Assembly (NCBI GenBank): GCA_964575265.1
Contig: CAZNPD010000002.1
Location: forward strand, 196,367 to 260,366
Source: an uncultured Pseudomonadota bacterium
GTDB lineage: Bacteria > Babelota > Babeliae > Babelales > Vermiphilaceae
Direction of reading: 5' to 3'
DNA: 64,000 nucleotides
The translations under genes were made by a program, and so were the position numbers. Shown here one piece after another: positions 59,344 through 64,000 of this stretch (its first letter is position 1; every line of letters starts with the position of its first letter). A model generated the notes under the pieces. It was not told where the DNA came from and made no database searches. It worked only from the letters and a program-made list of their open reading frames with translations.

Positions 59344-60234
59344 TTACTTACGAAGATATTCTAGTTGTATGTTATTCAGCTCACTCATAAGCTCTTCTAT
59401 GCTCTTATTCTTTGATGCTTCACCTTTTGCAACCTCATATTGCAATAGCGCACATTCTTTCAATAGCGTAACAATACCTTCTGTATGGTTACGATTAAAG
59501 AAGTGAGACGGCACTTCAAATTTCACATTATCAATATTACCATCTTTAAACTGTATACCACATTGCGCTGCAAGCTGAGTACCACAGCTAATGGTATATC
59601 GAACAGAACCAAAACCATCTGATAATGAAGATATAACTTCTGAAGAAATTGTATATCCATATCCATTATCAAGAAGCATATTCGTTATTTTTCGCTGTTT
59701 TTGTTGCAACGCTTCTTGAAGAGCTTTGCTACTGTTTTGTTTTTGTTCTTTTTCTAATCGCGCACCCACATTTTGAGATGATGCTAAATGTTCCTCATAT
59801 GTTGGTAATGCATTCTTAAACATATTACGTACTTTATAAGCAACAGCCTCTTTTGTATTCGCACAGAATAGACGTATTGCACTCCATGCGCTCTTCACTC
59901 TATGTGTAAGCTCATAAGTTCTATTCAATCTATACCCACAATACCCAACGCCTACTACAGCACCGGCACCCAACAAGTATGATGTATAATTATTTTTCTT
60001 CACCACTTCTGATACTACAGGAAGTATTTGTGTTGATTGTGTTACCGATTTCTCTGCAACTTCTACGGCAGATCCTGTTACTGATGGAACTACTTCAGCA
60101 GCTTGCGCTGTATTAACTCTAAACAAATCATCACAGAACACATGTAGTGCTCCAAATTCTTCGCCGAATGAAAACGCTTGTGGTACAACTAATAATCCTA
60201 AAATTGTCATTAGTACAGTATTTCTTTTATTCAT
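59344..60234 (-). CDS. hypothetical exported/membrane protein, array member 2
   Basis: Start moved to the ATG at 60232-60234, with GGAGGA 7 nt upstream. Signal MNKRNTVLMTILGLLVVPQAFS, a Gly/Ala-rich TM segment YLLGAGAVVGVGYCGY, then about 190 aa of a soluble domain. Confidence 0.55.
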   Translation of the reverse strand: MNKRNTVLMTILGLLVVPQAFSFGEEFGALHVFCDDLFRVNTAQAAEVVPSVTGSAVEVAEKSVTQSTQILPVVSEVVKKNNYTSYLLGAGAVVGVGYCGYRLNRTYELTHRVKSAWSAIRLFCANTKEAVAYKVRNMFKNALPTYEEHLASSQNVGARLEKEQKQNSSKALQEALQQKQRKITNMLLDNGYGYTISSEVISSLSDGFGSVRYTISCGTQLAAQCGIQFKDGNIDNVKFEVPSHFFNRNHTEGIVTLLKECALLQYEVAKGEASKNKSIEELMSELNNIQLEYLRK

Positions 60235-60265
60235 GAGAATTTCCTCCATTTAAAATTAACATTCT

Positions 60266-60462
60266 CATGTATCAGGATGCCCTGACATGTAAGCTACTGC
60301 AACTCCACTATGATCCATAAGGGGGAATTATTATCTTATTTTGATAATAAATGGCCTGTTTTTGCATATATCTTTATAATTTTTCATCAAAGTCCATTTA
60401 ATACCTCTCTTTATATTCACGATTAAGGGTAGCTTTAATAATCCGCTTCCAATTAAAGAACA
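60266..60462 (-). repeat. duplicated leader, copy B (upstream of member 2)
   Basis: Homologous to 59101-59290 (see that entry). The hairpin at 60270-60287 is a perfect Watson-Crick/G-U stem only when read on the minus (sense) strand. Confidence 0.55.
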
Positions 60463-60463
60463 T

Positions 60464-60489
60464 AAAAAAGGCCCCTTTAATGGGCCTTT
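60464..60489 (-). terminator. terminator after array member 1
   Basis: AAAGGCCC / GGGCCTTT stem preceded by a plus-strand A-run. Confidence 0.65.
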
Positions 60490-60500
60490 ACAATTCTAAG

Positions 60501-60878
60501 CTAAAGTACAATAATCTCAGGGTTCGGCTTTTCATCTGCTGAAAAACAATATCTCACCGTCTTTACCAATATATACCCAGCAACCAGTACACCTGCCACA
60601 ATAGCTGTCTTTTTTATAGGATCTAAATCCATAAAAGACTGGTATGCTTCAGGAGCTTTATAAGTTGCTACATCTCTTGCAAACTCTTTAGCAAATTCAA
60701 CACCATGAACAAATGCATCTGCACCTGGCTTGAATATTTCCTGTGTTTTTTGCCAAAGTGTTGGTTGTGGATTAAGTTTATTGAGTAATGTTTTTTCTGC
60801 CTCTTTTATTGCATTCTCCATTGCTACTGCAGAACACGTCATCATCATGGATGCTAACAAAATATATATGCGTTTCAT
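60501..60878 (-). CDS. hypothetical small exported protein with C-proximal TM segment, array member 1
   Basis: Start moved to the ATG at 60876-60878 with AAGGA upstream. Signal MKRIYILLASMMMTCSAVA and TM segment AIVAGVLVAGYILV. Confidence 0.5.
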   Translation of the reverse strand: MKRIYILLASMMMTCSAVAMENAIKEAEKTLLNKLNPQPTLWQKTQEIFKPGADAFVHGVEFAKEFARDVATYKAPEAYQSFMDLDPIKKTAIVAGVLVAGYILVKTVRYCFSADEKPNPEIIVL

Positions 60879-61008
60879 CAATATCCTTACATAATTTCTG
60901 AAAATATATAATTTAATACATTCCACATTGTAATTATCACAATAATTTAGTCAAATACATACCGACTAATTACCATTAATTAAAACACTAGCATCAAAAC
61001 TATTACTT

Positions 61009-61755
61009 TTAAAATGGATTATTAGTATCGATAAATGTTGTCTTGATCTGTAATGTTTGATTGATATAATCAGCAATCGCTTTTGGCCCAACTTTCTCTG
61101 TTGCTGCATGCCCAAGTGCAAAAAACGAAATTTGTAATTCATGGGCCAAATACCATGCTGACTCATCAAAGTTACCCGTGATGAATGCATCGACACCTAC
61201 TTGCGCAGCCAATTCTATATATTTATAGGCACTACCCGATATGAGTGCCGCTGATCGAATCTCTCTTTGAACATATGCAGTTACAGCAGGATGCTGATAA
61301 TATGATTCAATCTTATTTTTAAATATATCATACGCCATTGGTTGAAATTCACCGCGTACACCAATAGCAGTTTTATTCCACTCACCAAATGGTTGTAGAT
61401 TCTGCCAGCCCATATCACGTGCAGCTTTCCAATTATTTCCCATCGATTCATGCGTATCAAGAGGAAGATGATATCCAAGTAACGCAATATTATGATTAAT
61501 TAAACGCTTTATGCGATTAAAAGACATGCCTTGTAATATATGTGAATCATGTTTTCTAAAGAGACCATGATGCACAACAAGCGCTTGTACTCCCAACTCA
61601 ATTGCTTTTTCTATTGTTGATAAATCTGCAGTAACAGCAGTTGCTATATGTATAAGCGGACCATTATCATTCATTACTTGTATGCCGTTATATTCATCAA
61701 AAGGAGTGATTGCTAGTTCTTTGTTGAGTATGGTTGCCAATTCTATAACGTTCAT
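61009..61755 (-). CDS. NIF3-family dinuclear-metal protein (GTP cyclohydrolase 1 type 2 homolog)
   Basis: GIQV...IATAVTADL..IEKAIELGVQALVVHHGLF and a C-terminal GH.ATE motif (LGHAATEKVG). Confidence 0.75.
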   Translation of the reverse strand: MNVIELATILNKELAITPFDEYNGIQVMNDNGPLIHIATAVTADLSTIEKAIELGVQALVVHHGLFRKHDSHILQGMSFNRIKRLINHNIALLGYHLPLDTHESMGNNWKAARDMGWQNLQPFGEWNKTAIGVRGEFQPMAYDIFKNKIESYYQHPAVTAYVQREIRSAALISGSAYKYIELAAQVGVDAFITGNFDESAWYLAHELQISFFALGHAATEKVGPKAIADYINQTLQIKTTFIDTNNPF

Positions 61756-62000
61756 AAAAAATATCCTTTAAAAATCGTATTTAAACTAAGTTGCAGCATT
61801 GATTTTTTATAAATAATTGTTATCTCTTATAAATATAAGAATAAATATTTCTTACATTAGTATTTAATTTCAATAGCAAAACTATTTAATAAATATCCTC
61901 ATCATTTTTATACACGTATGCACAACAGACGTTCTAAAAAAATAAGAATAAAAGATTTTTAATTAATATTACACATCAAACTTCATGCAAGGATCCTTTT

Positions 62001-62582
62001 ATGATTTATTTATTATGGATAGCTTTAATAAGCGTACCTTTTCATTTACTATCATCAGATAATAAATCTTCTTATCATAAAATTGGTAAATATACTTTTT
62101 ATAGCGCTAAAACTAACTTTTATAAATCGTATACACAACAAGCAAAAGCTCAATCTCTTTCAAAAGAAGATTCATCAAACTCTGCAAAAAATGAATTGAC
62201 TCTCCCAAAAGGGCAAACTGAAAAAGATACATTTAAAAAAACAGATGCTTCTACAGAATCATTTGATTTCATTTATGATTCATATACTGATCGCAGAGGC
62301 ACGCCTAAAATGCTCGCTATATTTTGTAATTATTGCGACGCTCGTGTAATGCATTATCAAAAAGATGGCCCTGGCCGATTGCTTCGATGTTATCTTGATA
62401 GAATTCATACTCCAGAAGAACTTCATAATCGCCAATATGATAGATTTAATACTAGGACATCGCCTCACTTGAAATGCTTAAGCTGTCGCGCTAAGATCGG
62501 AACTCCTATGATTTATAGACAAGAGAATCGTCCAGCCTATCACTTAATCCAAAAAAGCTTCTATATTAAAGATGTAATATGA
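62001..62582 (+). CDS. hypothetical protein: signal-like N-terminus plus C-terminal CxxC...CxxC zinc-ribbon-like domain
   Basis: MIYLLWIALISVPFHLLSS, a polar linker, then FCNYCDARVMHYQKDGPGRLLRCYLDRI...LKCLSCRAKIG. The stop overlaps the next start (ATGA). Confidence 0.5.
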   Translation: MIYLLWIALISVPFHLLSSDNKSSYHKIGKYTFYSAKTNFYKSYTQQAKAQSLSKEDSSNSAKNELTLPKGQTEKDTFKKTDASTESFDFIYDSYTDRRGTPKMLAIFCNYCDARVMHYQKDGPGRLLRCYLDRIHTPEELHNRQYDRFNTRTSPHLKCLSCRAKIGTPMIYRQENRPAYHLIQKSFYIKDVI

Positions 62583-63829
62583 TTACCCAATATATTTTTA
62601 ACATTATTGCCTTAATTGTTCTTTCTACTGGATGGTCAAATTCTACTATAACAGAAAATAGGTTACTCGAAACCTATCCTTCTGTTATAGAAAAATTAGT
62701 CTATTTTAAGAATGGTAGTTTTAAAGTTTTTTATGGTGGTCCAATTGATAAAAAAGATAATGGAGTCAATTGGTTAATGCCAGCAGTTTTTGAAGGTGAA
62801 AATAGCAACACTCGTGCAGTATATGAGATATCATTCATAAACTGTACTCCAAGTACTGCTCAAGATGCCGAAATCTTATTTGTAGAAATACCAGAGATTA
62901 ATATAAAACTAAAAAACTGTTTAACACCTGATTATGCTATATTTTCATTATTAATAAATGGTAACTATAAAAATGGAAAATATATAGTTATTCGCTTCGC
63001 TGAAATAGCAAATGTATATTATCCTGATATTTATGTTGCATCTGATAACAAGGTCAATAAATCAGATTCGGATAAAACTGTTATTACTAATTTTCTTTCA
63101 GAGACATTCAATACCCAGAAAACATATCATGACTACTATGTTAGTCCATTGAAAGAACGGATTTCGTATGAATCTGAAGATCAGATACTATACGAACCTA
63201 TTCTTGTACAAGTTAATATTAAAGATGAAATATATCCTTTTTATATTGTTAAAGCTATAAAAAAGACTGATACTTGGAAGACATATTATCTAATCCATAA
63301 AGCAAATAATTCATTAGAATCTTTATCTCAAGTAAATGATCATATTCTCGTCCGTCTCGATTCTGGATGCGTTAGTGGTCAGATTTATGATGATGAAGCT
63401 TGTGATTGTTTAGATCAACTTCATGATGGATTATATCAACTCGCTACAGATAGTCACCAAGGGCTTATCATTCATATCCCAACGCATGATGGACGAGGCT
63501 TTGGAACTGCACCAAAAGCAGAAACTGAAATCTATAAGCGTGGCGGCCACGGTCGTATTCACTCAACTATTCCCTTGGATACAGTAGCTGCAGCTAAATT
63601 ATTATATGGAGTAGATAATTACGATCTTCGATCATTTGATGGAGCTGCTCAGCTTTTAGCTGAATTAAATATAAAAAAGGCTATTCTTCTTACTGATAAT
63701 GTTAATAAAGTTGTCACACTTCAAAAACATGGAATTGATGTTTTAAGAAAAAAAACAGAAACAAATAAGCAATCATGCTTGGCTCACATAGAAGCAAAGA
63801 AAAATAGTCCTTTATACTTTAACGAATAA
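62579..63829 (+). CDS. fusion protein: N-terminal membrane-anchor/unknown ~190-aa domain plus C-terminal GTP cyclohydrolase II (RibA-like) domain
   Basis: The C-terminal half (VRLDSGCVSGQIYDDEACDCLDQL...GLIIHIP.HDGRGFG...YDLRSF...ILLTDNVNKVVTLQKHGIDV) aligns by eye with RibA (VRVHSECLTGD...RCDCG.QL...QEGRGIG...LLTNNPKK). All three Zn Cys are kept. The N-terminus IFNIIALIVLSTGW is hydrophobic. Confidence 0.65.
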   Translation: MITQYIFNIIALIVLSTGWSNSTITENRLLETYPSVIEKLVYFKNGSFKVFYGGPIDKKDNGVNWLMPAVFEGENSNTRAVYEISFINCTPSTAQDAEILFVEIPEINIKLKNCLTPDYAIFSLLINGNYKNGKYIVIRFAEIANVYYPDIYVASDNKVNKSDSDKTVITNFLSETFNTQKTYHDYYVSPLKERISYESEDQILYEPILVQVNIKDEIYPFYIVKAIKKTDTWKTYYLIHKANNSLESLSQVNDHILVRLDSGCVSGQIYDDEACDCLDQLHDGLYQLATDSHQGLIIHIPTHDGRGFGTAPKAETEIYKRGGHGRIHSTIPLDTVAAAKLLYGVDNYDLRSFDGAAQLLAELNIKKAILLTDNVNKVVTLQKHGIDVLRKKTETNKQSCLAHIEAKKNSPLYFNE

Positions 63830-63920
63830 CATAAAGATGAACATTATGAATAGAACGCTTAAAACATACCTTTTACTCGTAGTTATGATTACTAACGCTT
63901 TTGCAAACCGCTCACTTAAG

Positions 63921-64000
63921 ATGCTCGATGATAGAATGGTTCAATCAAACTCATTAGTTTGTGTCGGACTAGATCCCGATGTAACCAAAATGCCCTTACA
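63921..64000 (+). CDS. pyrF: orotidine 5'-phosphate decarboxylase (type 2), N-terminal fragment at window edge
   Basis: MLDDRMVQSNSLVCVGLDPDVTKMP matches the N-terminal NSL.CVGLDPD signature. An upstream in-frame ATG at 63846 would add a hydrophobic MNRTLKTYLLLVVMITNAFA segment. Only about 27-52 codons are visible. Confidence 0.55.
   Translation, partial: MLDDRMVQSNSLVCVGLDPDVTKMPL

Noticed and set aside
1-64000. CRISPR arrays, rRNA operons, IS elements, additional tRNAs
   Set aside because: Scanning the intergenic regions by eye showed no regularly spaced direct repeats, no rRNA-like conserved stretches, no terminal inverted repeats flanking a transposase, and no further T-arm (GGTTCGAAT-like) signatures beyond tRNA-Ser and tmRNA. 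An automated scan (tRNAscan-SE, Infernal) could still find something I missed.

Overview
AT-rich, densely coding bacterial chromosomal segment that uses the standard genetic code: long conserved ORFs are intact, and TAA, TGA and TAG all end confident genes. About half the window is housekeeping. Translation and RNA genes: truA (partial), typA, rpsR, rpsF, rpsB, rpmA, prmC, pth, alaS, tsaD, smpB, der. Replication and repair: rnhB, mutL, recJ, dnaX, polA. Also present: rho, ftsY, secF, lon, cmk, and three RNA genes (tRNA-Ser(GGA), SRP RNA, tmRNA). Two tandem ATP/ADP-translocase (NTT/Tlc) genes suggest a host-dependent, energy-parasitic lifestyle, perhaps Dependentiae/TM6-like or similar; I cannot confirm taxonomy without a search. 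The rest encodes lineage-specific proteins with signal-peptide-like N-termini, several of them in tandem paralog arrays. I saw no rRNA, CRISPR array, transposase, integrase or clear prophage. The items most worth a second look are: (1) a signal-peptide protein with two canonical eukaryote-type C2H2 zinc fingers; (2) a five-gene array of exported or membrane proteins (56.7-60.9 kb), two of which share a duplicated ~200-bp leader with a conserved hairpin; (3) a cluster of secreted paralogs plus a kinase-like protein just downstream of tmRNA; (4) a zinc-ribbon protein translationally coupled to a membrane-anchored GTP cyclohydrolase II fusion; (5) an XRE/S24 LexA-like repressor lacking the Ala-Gly cleavage site; and (6) an orphan PilM/PilN-like pair. 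All functional calls rest on motifs read by eye from the supplied translations and the DNA. No database search was possible.
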